The notes under the pieces were generated by a model, which was not told the origin of the DNA, made no database searches, and saw only the letters and a list, made by a program, of their open reading frames with translations. A stretch of 64,000 bases of DNA from a virus (Duplodnaviria > Caudoviricetes). Below, piece by piece: positions 1 through 7,781 of this stretch. Both the position numbers and the translations under genes were made by a program. Position 1 is the stretch's first letter. Every line of letters begins with the position of its first letter. Location of the stretch: IMG/VR virus record IMGVR_UViG_2541048004_000003, positions 14,130-78,129 of that record, one strand, 5' to 3'.

Positions 1-927
1 TGCGGTGGTATTAGCAACCGTTGCGGCGGTTTCTGCCGTTTCTGCAACTGTTGCTTTTGCGACTATCCCCGCCCACCATTCTTTAAGACCATTGAGCGTT
101 ACGAGCTGAAACGCACTATCTTTATTCAAGGTCTGTGCGACCGACTGCATACCCATTGCAATCGCCATCACACTTTGAACCTTTGTCATTACCTTTTGCA
201 GATTTTCGTTTTCTCCTGCAAATAATGATATAGCCCCCGTTGCGGCTGAAAATGCACCTGAAAGCCCTGAAAGCCCCTGAATGAAGCCTTGAAACTTAGC
301 TTCATCATTGGCAAGAATTTTACCTTGTTGTGCAATGTCGCCTTGAATATCTTGCAAGCGTCCTAACTCATTAACAAGGGCTTTGTATGCTTCGCTTTGC
401 TCATCAATTCCTTGGTCAATAAGCATTGCCATTTCCTCTTTTAGTTCTTTAATTCGGAAACGCAAGGATTGATGTGCTTTTGCGTTTTCTTCAACTTGTC
501 TTGTTGCTTCTTCGCGCTTTGCGGCTTCCTTTTCAAGCTCATTAGACAAGTTGCGTGCTTCTTCAAGTGCTTGTTTACGCACCGCAATTTCTCCTTGAAT
601 ACCTGCACGAGTTTCTTCTATTGCCCGGTATTCTTCATCACGTCCAGCCATAAAAGCCGCACTTGCTTCTTGACCAAGTTGCACATATTGCCCCGTGAGT
701 TCCCCAAGTTTCGTTTCGTGTATCTCACACGCTTGCCCTATTTTTCCAAGAGCGTCCCTAATGCCATCGGTCGTTTGCATAAATGCCTTGTCCATCTGTT
801 TACCTCCGGCAACCGTTGCATCTGACAAGCCTTGTACACGGCGCAATGTTTCTTCAATTGCGCTGTTCATTTGGTCGTTCTCCATTACGGATTTGAACGA
901 TAATGCACCTCCGTCTATATTTGCCAT
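1..927 (-). CDS. Tape measure protein, N-terminal part (runs off window)
   Basis: ATG at 927 overlaps the upstream stop (TAATG); open helical Ala/Gln/Glu-rich frame MANIDGGALSFKSVMENDQ; follows the tail chaperone genes. Confidence 0.85.
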   Translation of the reverse strand, partial: MANIDGGALSFKSVMENDQMNSAIEETLRRVQGLSDATVAGGKQMDKAFMQTTDGIRDALGKIGQACEIHETKLGELTGQYVQLGQEASAAFMAGRDEEYRAIEETRAGIQGEIAVRKQALEEARNLSNELEKEAAKREEATRQVEENAKAHQSLRFRIKELKEEMAMLIDQGIDEQSEAYKALVNELGRLQDIQGDIAQQGKILANDEAKFQGFIQGLSGLSGAFSAATGAISLFAGENENLQKVMTKVQSVMAIAMGMQSVAQTLNKDSAFQLVTLNGLKEWWAGIVAKATVAETAETAATVANTTA

Positions 928-1223
928 TACATCAAGCTGTTTACATAATCCATAATATCGTCCCTATTGTGTTCAGACAAGACAATTTCTTCTTCATCGT
1001 CGTTAAAGTCATAGCTTGGTGCATCAAGCATCATTTTCTGCACAATAGACCACGCAATTCCGTTTGTAAGATAGTCCAACGTCCAACCGAAATGGGCGCA
1101 AATTGCACCGCGCCTACCGTGCGGACTTCTTAACCCTCGTTGCTTTCCTCTATCCGAATTGGTATTGTTGTTCGGTCGGCGGACATCAACCGAATAGAGT
1201 TCAAAAAATCCCCTAAATTGCAC
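927..1223 (-). CDS. Tail assembly chaperone C-terminal extension (gpT-like, probably reached by -1 frameshift)
   Basis: -1 frame overlapping the end of 1130..1702; SPHG...FGWTLDYL segment; sits directly before TMP. Confidence 0.65.
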   Translation of the reverse strand: MQFRGFFELYSVDVRRPNNNTNSDRGKQRGLRSPHGRRGAICAHFGWTLDYLTNGIAWSIVQKMMLDAPSYDFNDDEEEIVLSEHNRDDIMDYVNSLM

Positions 1224-1702
1224 ATTGCGTTGATTAGCACATAGAGTTGATACAATTCAGATGGTTTGATTTGCCGGGCAAATAGTCTTGCCAATTCTTC
1301 AAGGCGTTTCGTGTCCTCTTCGTATCTAACAATCCCACCATTTCCCGCTTTCGGTATAAGGTAATCAGAACCAAGAACCGCAAGCGCAATAACCTTTGCA
1401 CACCGCAAGGCGTGCTTTTTTGTCATAATTCGGGCTTGAAGCATACCATCTGTACTTTTGATTGCTTCTTCATCAATCGCCATTTCAACCCATTCAGAAG
1501 AAAGGCGGTCAAGCGTACCAAGTGTAGGTTCTTCGATTACGAAGTTCCGTGTGATAGGTACAAGGACTTTCTTCTTGAATAGCCCCCACAAATATGTTTT
1601 GTGTCGAACTTCGACATCTTGCACCTCAAACGACACCCCCCTACCGATTAGGGCGTTCAGTTCCGAACGTTCTTGTTCAAGTGCTTTCTTTGCTTCTTCC
1701 AT
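1130..1702 (-). CDS. Tail assembly chaperone (gpG-like)
   Basis: Position between tail tube and TMP; 190 aa. Confidence 0.7.
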   Translation of the reverse strand: MEEAKKALEQERSELNALIGRGVSFEVQDVEVRHKTYLWGLFKKKVLVPITRNFVIEEPTLGTLDRLSSEWVEMAIDEEAIKSTDGMLQARIMTKKHALRCAKVIALAVLGSDYLIPKAGNGGIVRYEEDTKRLEELARLFARQIKPSELYQLYVLINAMCNLGDFLNSIRLMSADRTTIPIRIEESNEG

Positions 1703-1715
1703 ACAACATTATTAA

Positions 1716-1757
1716 AAGGAAAGGAAGCCCCGAACACACACGGGGTTGGGGCTTCCT
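1716..1757 (-). terminator. Intrinsic terminator-like hairpin after tail tube gene
   Basis: AGGAAGCCCC (1722-1731) / GGGGCTTCCT (1748-1757) inverted repeat with a T-rich tail on the minus strand. Confidence 0.6.
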
Positions 1758-1781
1758 AAAACAACAATGAAAAAGAATTAC

Positions 1782-2291
1782 TTATGCCTCCTTGGGGTCA
1801 TAAGAACGAAGTGCCTTGCCTGCCGACACTGCCAAAGGCGTAACGGTGAAATCAACAAGGAAGATTCCCTTTGCCGACATATCAGCATTTACAACTGCTT
1901 CAATGTCCGCATTCGGAATTTCAAAGTAAAGACCTTGTTCTGACTTGACAAGGATAGAACGGTTTTCTACTGTTTCGCTTCCATCGAAAGCCCACTTTGT
2001 CTTCTCTGAACCTGCTTTGTTAACCTTTGTACCACCGACATAAGCAACGAGTGTGTCAATGTCAGCGTCCATAATACTGAACGTGAACTTGGGAATCTTC
2101 TTTGACTTCTTGCGTACTTCGGGGGCTGAACGTCCCTCCTCGAAGTGTTCTGTAACTTCTGCCGCGTCTTGATTGAGCTTGGCGGTGTCCTTATACGTCT
2201 TGCCAATCTTCTTCATTGTAGAAGCTGCTGGCATTGTTCCGTTTGGTGCGGCTGCACCCACCAAGATTTCACTTAAACCTAACGTAATCAT
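1782..2291 (-). CDS. Major tail tube protein
   Basis: MITLGLSEILVG...KIGKTYKDTA...FTFSIMDAD; position after tail terminator; start at internal ATG preferred. Confidence 0.75.
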   Translation of the reverse strand: MITLGLSEILVGAAAPNGTMPAASTMKKIGKTYKDTAKLNQDAAEVTEHFEEGRSAPEVRKKSKKIPKFTFSIMDADIDTLVAYVGGTKVNKAGSEKTKWAFDGSETVENRSILVKSEQGLYFEIPNADIEAVVNADMSAKGIFLVDFTVTPLAVSAGKALRSYDPKEA

Positions 2292-2302
2292 ACTATTATA
2301 TT

Positions 2303-2719
2303 TTAATATGTTTGTATATTCCAAGCGATACGAATGTTGCAGAAGTGTTGTTTAATGCTCGCTTCTTGCAGAATTGATTGGCTTTCAGGAATCAACTTCA
2401 ACCCATCAATCCTCGAACCTCGCAACACGTCTAAAACAATCCTTGTCAGCTCTGATAACTTCTCGTGATTAGGCTTCAACTGCTCTGTTCCCTTAATCCG
2501 TCGCTTCTTGTCAGCCACATAGATGTTCACATTACTTGTTGCTATTTGTGGCAAGAAGTCTTGTGTCATCGTTATAGTGTTAATAACAACGTCTTCATCG
2601 GTTGAGCCGTCGGGGCGGTCGTTCTGATAGTAGATTCCGCCTTTTATCGCGCTTTTCAACTCTCTTGAACCACTCAACAACTCAAAAACAATCTTGTCTA
2701 TATCAAAGGAAGTCTTCAT
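2303..2719 (-). CDS. Tail terminator/completion protein
   Basis: Size and synteny in the neck module; GGIYYQNDRP...NVNIYV. Confidence 0.6.
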   Translation of the reverse strand: MKTSFDIDKIVFELLSGSRELKSAIKGGIYYQNDRPDGSTDEDVVINTITMTQDFLPQIATSNVNIYVADKKRRIKGTEQLKPNHEKLSELTRIVLDVLRGSRIDGLKLIPESQSILQEASIKQHFCNIRIAWNIQTY

Positions 2720-3177
2720 TCTGCCGCTTTTTTGATGTTATCAATCAACTTTTCAAGCATTCGGGGCAACTCTCTTTCCGCCAATTGCTCTGCACTCGCA
2801 ATCACATCACGCCCCCGGCTTTCAACATATAGGGCATAATTCATTCCTGCTGTTACAACAAGGCAAACGCCATTTGTGCGTTCACCAATCTTTGCAGAAA
2901 GTTCTTGCCCTGCCTTTGCTCCGATAGTTCCACCGCCTACTTCGTTGTACAAAGTATGCACGGCAACGCCATCAACGAACACGGCATAACCGATAGAAGA
3001 ACGTAGGTTGCCTGTTTGGTCTTCAAAACCTTGTTCTTTCGGTATGGAGCGTGCGTGGTTTACACACATTTCCCCCAGCTTCTGCAATCGTTTGATTTGC
3101 TGTTCTTGAATTTGCCCCAAGAACGCATCGAAACGTTCTTGAACCTCTTCTTTTGTGAATTGTGCTTCTATACCCAT
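2716..3177 (-). CDS. HK97 gp10-like tail completion protein
   Basis: DQTGNLRSSIGY and AGMNYALYVE motifs. Confidence 0.75.
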   Translation of the reverse strand: MGIEAQFTKEEVQERFDAFLGQIQEQQIKRLQKLGEMCVNHARSIPKEQGFEDQTGNLRSSIGYAVFVDGVAVHTLYNEVGGGTIGAKAGQELSAKIGERTNGVCLVVTAGMNYALYVESRGRDVIASAEQLAERELPRMLEKLIDNIKKAAE

Positions 3178-3497
3178 AGCCGTGAATGCAATTGTCCTTT
3201 GTCAAATTTCAATGCAACCCCCTTTATGCGGACATCTGAACCATCTTCATGGTTTGACACAAATACACTTGTACCCTCATCTATCGTCAAAGCCCCCTTG
3301 GGTATCTGAATGATAGCCGAATACTTGCGATAAGTACCATCGGCGGTCTGAATCTCCGAACCTCGACCATCGGTTTCCTCTCTACACATTGATAAGAATA
3401 TAGTTTGTTGGTCTTCATCAGACCAACGCCCGTCTTCCCCTTGTGTTGATTCTCCCGTTATCAAGGCAAACAAGTAGTGTGGGTATTGCTTTACCAT
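3168..3497 (-). CDS. Head closure protein
   Basis: Beta-rich 109 aa in the head-tail joining position. Confidence 0.55.
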   Translation of the reverse strand: MVKQYPHYLFALITGESTQGEDGRWSDEDQQTIFLSMCREETDGRGSEIQTADGTYRKYSAIIQIPKGALTIDEGTSVFVSNHEDGSDVRIKGVALKFDKGQLHSRLWV

Positions 3498-3805
3498 AAG
3501 TTTGACCTGTTGCGGATTTTTGGACGAGCAAACAACACATTGTCAAGCCCTAATTCATTGCAAAGTGCATTGTAATAGAGTTTCACGGCTTCAACATTCC
3601 AAGAGATTGAATACCCACCCTCTGAAACGTTCAGCATTACCCCTTTTAGGATAACCGACATTCTTTGATAGGTTGCGACATCACACGCACGAACGTCTGC
3701 TTCTGCTTCACCGTCAAGTGATGCTTTCAGCAAAACAATGTCGATGTCGTCTTCTGAAATGTTCAGCCCCGAAAGTGCCTTGGTCAAGTATTGTTTGTTT
3801 GTCAT
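3491..3805 (-). CDS. Head-tail adaptor
   Basis: Helical 104 aa directly after MCP; SEGGYSISW motif. Confidence 0.6.
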   Translation of the reverse strand: MTNKQYLTKALSGLNISEDDIDIVLLKASLDGEAEADVRACDVATYQRMSVILKGVMLNVSEGGYSISWNVEAVKLYYNALCNELGLDNVLFARPKIRNRSNLW

Positions 3806-3825
3806 TGCTCCTGATTGATTTTATA

Positions 3826-3862
3826 GGCTTAGGTGGGTATAGTTAAATACCCACCCTTGCCT
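3826..3862 (-). terminator. Hairpin after major capsid gene
   Basis: GGTGGGTAT / ATACCCACC inverted repeat. Confidence 0.55.
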
Positions 3863-3864
3863 TG

Positions 3865-4968
3865 TTAGTTCTTGTTCCAAGAAGTTGCGTTTACCTGCAT
3901 AAGAACCGAGCGACCAGCCAAGTTCCACGCTGGGAAAAGGTTACTGATACCCTCCGTTACCTCCTGCACTGGGCTTTCAGTCGAATACTTCTTGATAAGC
4001 GTATGTCCATGCATCACCTTTTCGGCAACACTTCCGGGCATCTTCTTGGCATCAATAGGACGCTTCCAATAGGTGTTGCCAAGAACCTTGCTTTCAGAGA
4101 AAAGAATAACATCATCTTCAAACGGATTTGAAGTGCTGCGCGTACCGTCGGCAAGCTCAATCGTAATATCTTGGTCGATAACAACGATTTGAAGCCCCTT
4201 GTACAGCTCTTTCTTCTTCGCAAGATAGGCATTCACCGTTTGCAAGTCGGGCGTGTCTGTTGCCCCCGTGATGCTCTCAATCAGTGTTGCACACTTCTTG
4301 ACAACCTCTTCTTGTGATGCGAACTTAGCAAACGTATCAACGTTCATAAACATAAACTTGTAGTTTGCCCCTACGCTCTTTCCTTTCTTCAAGGCTGATG
4401 GAATATCCTTACTCAAAGGCTTGCCCGATGTTCCAGACGCATAAGATGTTGCGACACCGATTTTCTGTTCTTTCGGAATCAGATAATCCACGTCATACTC
4501 GGTTACGATAGCCGCATTGTTTGAGTTCGTGAACTTCACCTTACCAAGTGAAATTTGACGAAGTGCAATCCATTCTGCACGAGCTGCGACACCGTCCCAA
4601 CAGAACTTCGTGTCTTCCGCCCAAAACTCAACAAGTGCTTTCAGGTCGGGATTATCACCCGCCATTGCAACCATAATATCGTATTCCGTCAATTCGTCCT
4701 CGTTCTTTTCACGAGAAATTGAAATCTTAGGAATATCGCCTTGAATGCGACTAATAGCATCACGCATCTTCTTGGGAATTGTCGCACCTCGTGAAACAAG
4801 GTCGGCAGCAATCTTCAAGCCTGCTTGTGCTTCAAGCATCTTCCAATCAAGGCGGTTCGTTTCTTTCAGGGGGAAAAGAGTAGGATAGTAATAATCCTTT
4901 AAGTCGTAAGTGTGAATTACGGCTTCCATATTCTTTTCGTCCAACCCTACCATCAATGATTTTTGCAT
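3865..4968 (-). CDS. Major capsid protein (lambda gpE-like family)
   Basis: 367 aa; RIQGDIPKISISR, WDGVAARAEWIALRQI; follows scaffold and decoration genes. Confidence 0.85.
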   Translation of the reverse strand: MQKSLMVGLDEKNMEAVIHTYDLKDYYYPTLFPLKETNRLDWKMLEAQAGLKIAADLVSRGATIPKKMRDAISRIQGDIPKISISREKNEDELTEYDIMVAMAGDNPDLKALVEFWAEDTKFCWDGVAARAEWIALRQISLGKVKFTNSNNAAIVTEYDVDYLIPKEQKIGVATSYASGTSGKPLSKDIPSALKKGKSVGANYKFMFMNVDTFAKFASQEEVVKKCATLIESITGATDTPDLQTVNAYLAKKKELYKGLQIVVIDQDITIELADGTRSTSNPFEDDVILFSESKVLGNTYWKRPIDAKKMPGSVAEKVMHGHTLIKKYSTESPVQEVTEGISNLFPAWNLAGRSVLMQVNATSWNKN

Positions 4969-4987
4969 ACTGATAAATTGTTAAGGG

Positions 4988-5554
4988 TTACACATATACC
5001 ACACCTTTAAGTGCAGCCTTGATAACATCATTTGTTGCGGGTGCATTACCGTCTTGAACAACACAAATCACCCAAGCTGACACCCAAAGGTTTTCGCCAT
5101 TATCAACGTCTTCATTTGAGCCTGCAATGGCGATAGGGGTTACTTTAAGGGTTGTGTTTGCTCCCTTGCTTTCAAAAGCACAATCCCCAGCCTTTACAAC
5201 CTTTCCAAGCGTTGTTTGAACGGTGATAACGTCCTTTGCTTCATCGTTTCTGTCGATAGACGTAATCACTTGACCCGCACAATCATTAGCCGCAAATCGG
5301 TCGCCCACCTTGAAGTGGTGTCCTTTTGCTACTTCATAGGTCGTTGCGTTCGCTTCGGCTTGCGTAAGAACCTTTGCGGTTTTGCAAACATCGAACAAAC
5401 CGCCATTTCCTTTGCCGATAGGTGTACCCTCCAAGAGTGAAGAACCACCCAAATTAGCAACCGAAACGCCTACACCGCCGGGAATGTCTGCCGTGCGATG
5501 AAGAATGCACTTCACAACGCGGTTGTCTTTCTTTCGTTTGATAGTCATACCCAT
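4988..5554 (-). CDS. Head decoration protein
   Basis: DIPGGV...LEGTPIG; position upstream of MCP. Confidence 0.6.
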   Translation of the reverse strand: MGMTIKRKKDNRVVKCILHRTADIPGGVGVSVANLGGSSLLEGTPIGKGNGGLFDVCKTAKVLTQAEANATTYEVAKGHHFKVGDRFAANDCAGQVITSIDRNDEAKDVITVQTTLGKVVKAGDCAFESKGANTTLKVTPIAIAGSNEDVDNGENLWVSAWVICVVQDGNAPATNDVIKAALKGVVYV

Positions 5555-5573
5555 AGTTGTATTACTTTACTTG

Positions 5574-6281
5574 TTAAACTTCTTTGCCCGTTAGAGCATT
5601 GGCATCGGGCTTTTGTGATGCAATAAAGTCTGATACAGCCTTTGAAACTCCCGCTTCGTTCTTTTGTCCGAATTGAGGTGCGCCACCTGCTCCGCTCAAC
5701 TTTGCATCTGCCACGCTCTGATTTGCGGTTTTGATGTCGGCTTCCTTTTCGGTCAAGTATTCGTTAAAAGAATTGTCGTCGTCAAATCTCATTCGCCCAA
5801 AGTCTTTCAAGGTTTGAGCCTTGAACGTTTCGTCCTTGCACGCCGAAAGTTTGTCTTGCAATGCTTGAAGCCTTGACTTGCCGACTTCCCCTTGTTCGTA
5901 CTTTTCCAATCGGTCTTGAAGTGGCTTTACAGCTCCTGCAACTGCATTGGCTACAATTGTTGCAATGTCGTCGGGCTTTGGGTCTGTACCTCCTCCGCCG
6001 GGTTCGGGGTCGGTCTTCTTTTCCACAAAGTCAAACTTCTTCTTCAAGTTCGTTTCAAGGGTCTTTCCGGCTTCTGAAACCTCCTTGTCCACAACTTTGC
6101 GATACTCCTTTACGAAGTCGTTTACTTGCGCATCAGTAATCTTTTCGACAAGGGATTTCGCTTCTTCTTCGTTGGTGCATTGTAACGCAATAGTGCGTGC
6201 CATCTGCTCCAATCCGTCTTTTTGCACGCCTGAAAATTTGGCAATCAGTAGTGCAAGAATCTGTTGAAAGTTCATATTCAA
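5574..6281 (-). CDS. Capsid scaffolding protein
   Basis: Helical, charged, with a Pro/Gly linker; upstream of decoration gene and MCP. Confidence 0.65.
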   Translation of the reverse strand: MNMNFQQILALLIAKFSGVQKDGLEQMARTIALQCTNEEEAKSLVEKITDAQVNDFVKEYRKVVDKEVSEAGKTLETNLKKKFDFVEKKTDPEPGGGGTDPKPDDIATIVANAVAGAVKPLQDRLEKYEQGEVGKSRLQALQDKLSACKDETFKAQTLKDFGRMRFDDDNSFNEYLTEKEADIKTANQSVADAKLSGAGGAPQFGQKNEAGVSKAVSDFIASQKPDANALTGKEV

Positions 6282-6306
6282 AACATTTAGTGTTACAAAT
6301 CACCCA

Positions 6307-6314
6307 CAAAGGTA
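6307..6314 (-). promoter_or_regulatory. Bacteroidota -7 promoter box for the head operon
   Basis: TACCTTTG on minus strand matches TAnnTTTG, just upstream of the scaffold ATG. Confidence 0.65.
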
Positions 6315-6432
6315 ATTTGTTTTATAGTGATATATCCTTGTTCAGGTGTATAGTTAGCAACTACTTATCAACATTTCACGAATTATTTCGTAATTTCTTC
6401 ACGAAAACGATTGTTTTATTGAATAAAATTGC

Positions 6433-6440
6433 TACCTTTG
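6433..6440 (+). promoter_or_regulatory. Bacteroidota -7 promoter box for the ARH operon
   Basis: TACCTTTG matches TAnnTTTG about 30 bp before the first ORF. Confidence 0.7.
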
Positions 6441-6468
6441 CATTATTAAACAACAACGAATGTGATTC

Positions 6469-6708
6469 TTGATGAACGGAAAAACAATATACCACGTTTG
6501 CTTGGGCGACAATGAACACTATTACTTTGGTTCAATAGCCGCCATTTATGATAAGTTTTCCCCTGAACAAATAGGGGTGTCGCTAAGTCGTCTATGGTCG
6601 TTCGGTATCACCTCGGAACGTCCATATAAGAATAGAATTTGCACGATATTTCGTGGGGTGATACAAAGAAAGAAAGGAAATAGATATGTTAGGCGCGATA
6701 ATCGGTGA
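6469..6708 (+). CDS. Small basic hypothetical protein, first gene of antisense operon
   Basis: 79 aa; HYYFGSIAAIY motif; overlaps the ARH start. Confidence 0.65.
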   Translation: MMNGKTIYHVCLGDNEHYYFGSIAAIYDKFSPEQIGVSLSRLWSFGITSERPYKNRICTIFRGVIQRKKGNRYVRRDNR

Positions 6709-7453
6709 TATTGTCGGTTCTCGTTTTGAGTTCAACAACACCAATAAAACAGATTTTAAGTTGTTTACACCTGAATGTTCATTTACGGACGACACAATAT
6801 GCACGGTTGCCGTTGCTGATGCAATCTTGCGTGGTGTAAGTTTTGAACAATCACTACTTGAATGGTGTAGAAAATACCCTAACCCCAAGGGGGCTTATGG
6901 TGGTTCTTTCGGTCGTTGGGTTCATTCCTTACACCCCGAACCTTATAATAGCTTTGGCAATGGCTCTGCAATGCGTGTATCTCCTTGTGGGTATCTTCCT
7001 ACAAGGCAAGACGTGTTGATGTATGCGAGAAAATCAGCCGAATGTACGCACAATCACCCCGATGGAATCAAGGGGGCTGAATGTGTTGCCGATTGCATTT
7101 ATCTTGCAAGGACGAAAAAGGATATTGGGCTTATCATTGAATTTGTAAAAGACGTTTATGGTTACAACATCAATCAGACGTGCGATGAAATCAGACGTAC
7201 AAACAGATTCAATGAAACGTGCCAAGTAACCGTACCACAAGCCCTCGTGTGCTTTCTTGAAAGTACAGACTTTGAAAGTGCCATTCGGCTTGCTGTATCA
7301 ATCGGCGGCGATAGCGATACAATAGCCGCCATTACAGGTAGTATTGCAGAAGCATATTATGGAATACCTCAGCGCATAATCAAAAAGGCGTTGAGTTATC
7401 TTGATGCAGATATGAAGAACGTAGTAACTAAATTCAAACAGATGTATGGATAA
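6686..7453 (+). CDS. ADP-ribosylglycohydrolase (DraG/ARH family)
   Basis: GAIIGDIVGSRFE, FTDDT, SFGNGSAMRVSP, THNHPDGIKGA, GGDSDTIAAITGSIAEA motifs. Confidence 0.95.
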   Translation: MLGAIIGDIVGSRFEFNNTNKTDFKLFTPECSFTDDTICTVAVADAILRGVSFEQSLLEWCRKYPNPKGAYGGSFGRWVHSLHPEPYNSFGNGSAMRVSPCGYLPTRQDVLMYARKSAECTHNHPDGIKGAECVADCIYLARTKKDIGLIIEFVKDVYGYNINQTCDEIRRTNRFNETCQVTVPQALVCFLESTDFESAIRLAVSIGGDSDTIAAITGSIAEAYYGIPQRIIKKALSYLDADMKNVVTKFKQMYG

Positions 7454-7781
7454 GAAGCAAGCCCTTATAAGGCAATGTCGCTATTACAGTGGTCAAGAAG
7501 AAAGCCCTTTCAACGATGCTACTATGGATTGGTTTTGGGATATGGAGCGCGTGTATGTGTCTTCACAAGGTCAATTTATGGGGGAACGTGATTACTACAA
7601 ACAAATAAACGGAAAACCCTATCCGGGCATTCCGTTTGATTTGCTTATGGTAATGTTCACTTCGTGGGGAAAGACCGCCTATTCAATAAAGGATAGTATC
7701 AACAACTTCTACAAGCTGATGGATGAATACTTGTTCATCGCTAACGACCATTGTCCAGAAGATAAAATCCCCGGTCAATAG
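7446..7781 (+). CDS. Hypothetical protein coupled to ARH
   Basis: Overlaps the ARH stop and, convergently, the MuF-ART stop; 111 aa. Confidence 0.7.
   Translation: MDKKQALIRQCRYYSGQEESPFNDATMDWFWDMERVYVSSQGQFMGERDYYKQINGKPYPGIPFDLLMVMFTSWGKTAYSIKDSINNFYKLMDEYLFIANDHCPEDKIPGQ

Noticed and set aside
1142-1152. Lambda-like GGGAAAG slippery site (GAGGAAAG) in the chaperone gene
   Set aside because: Not an X XXY YYZ heptamer in the zero frame.
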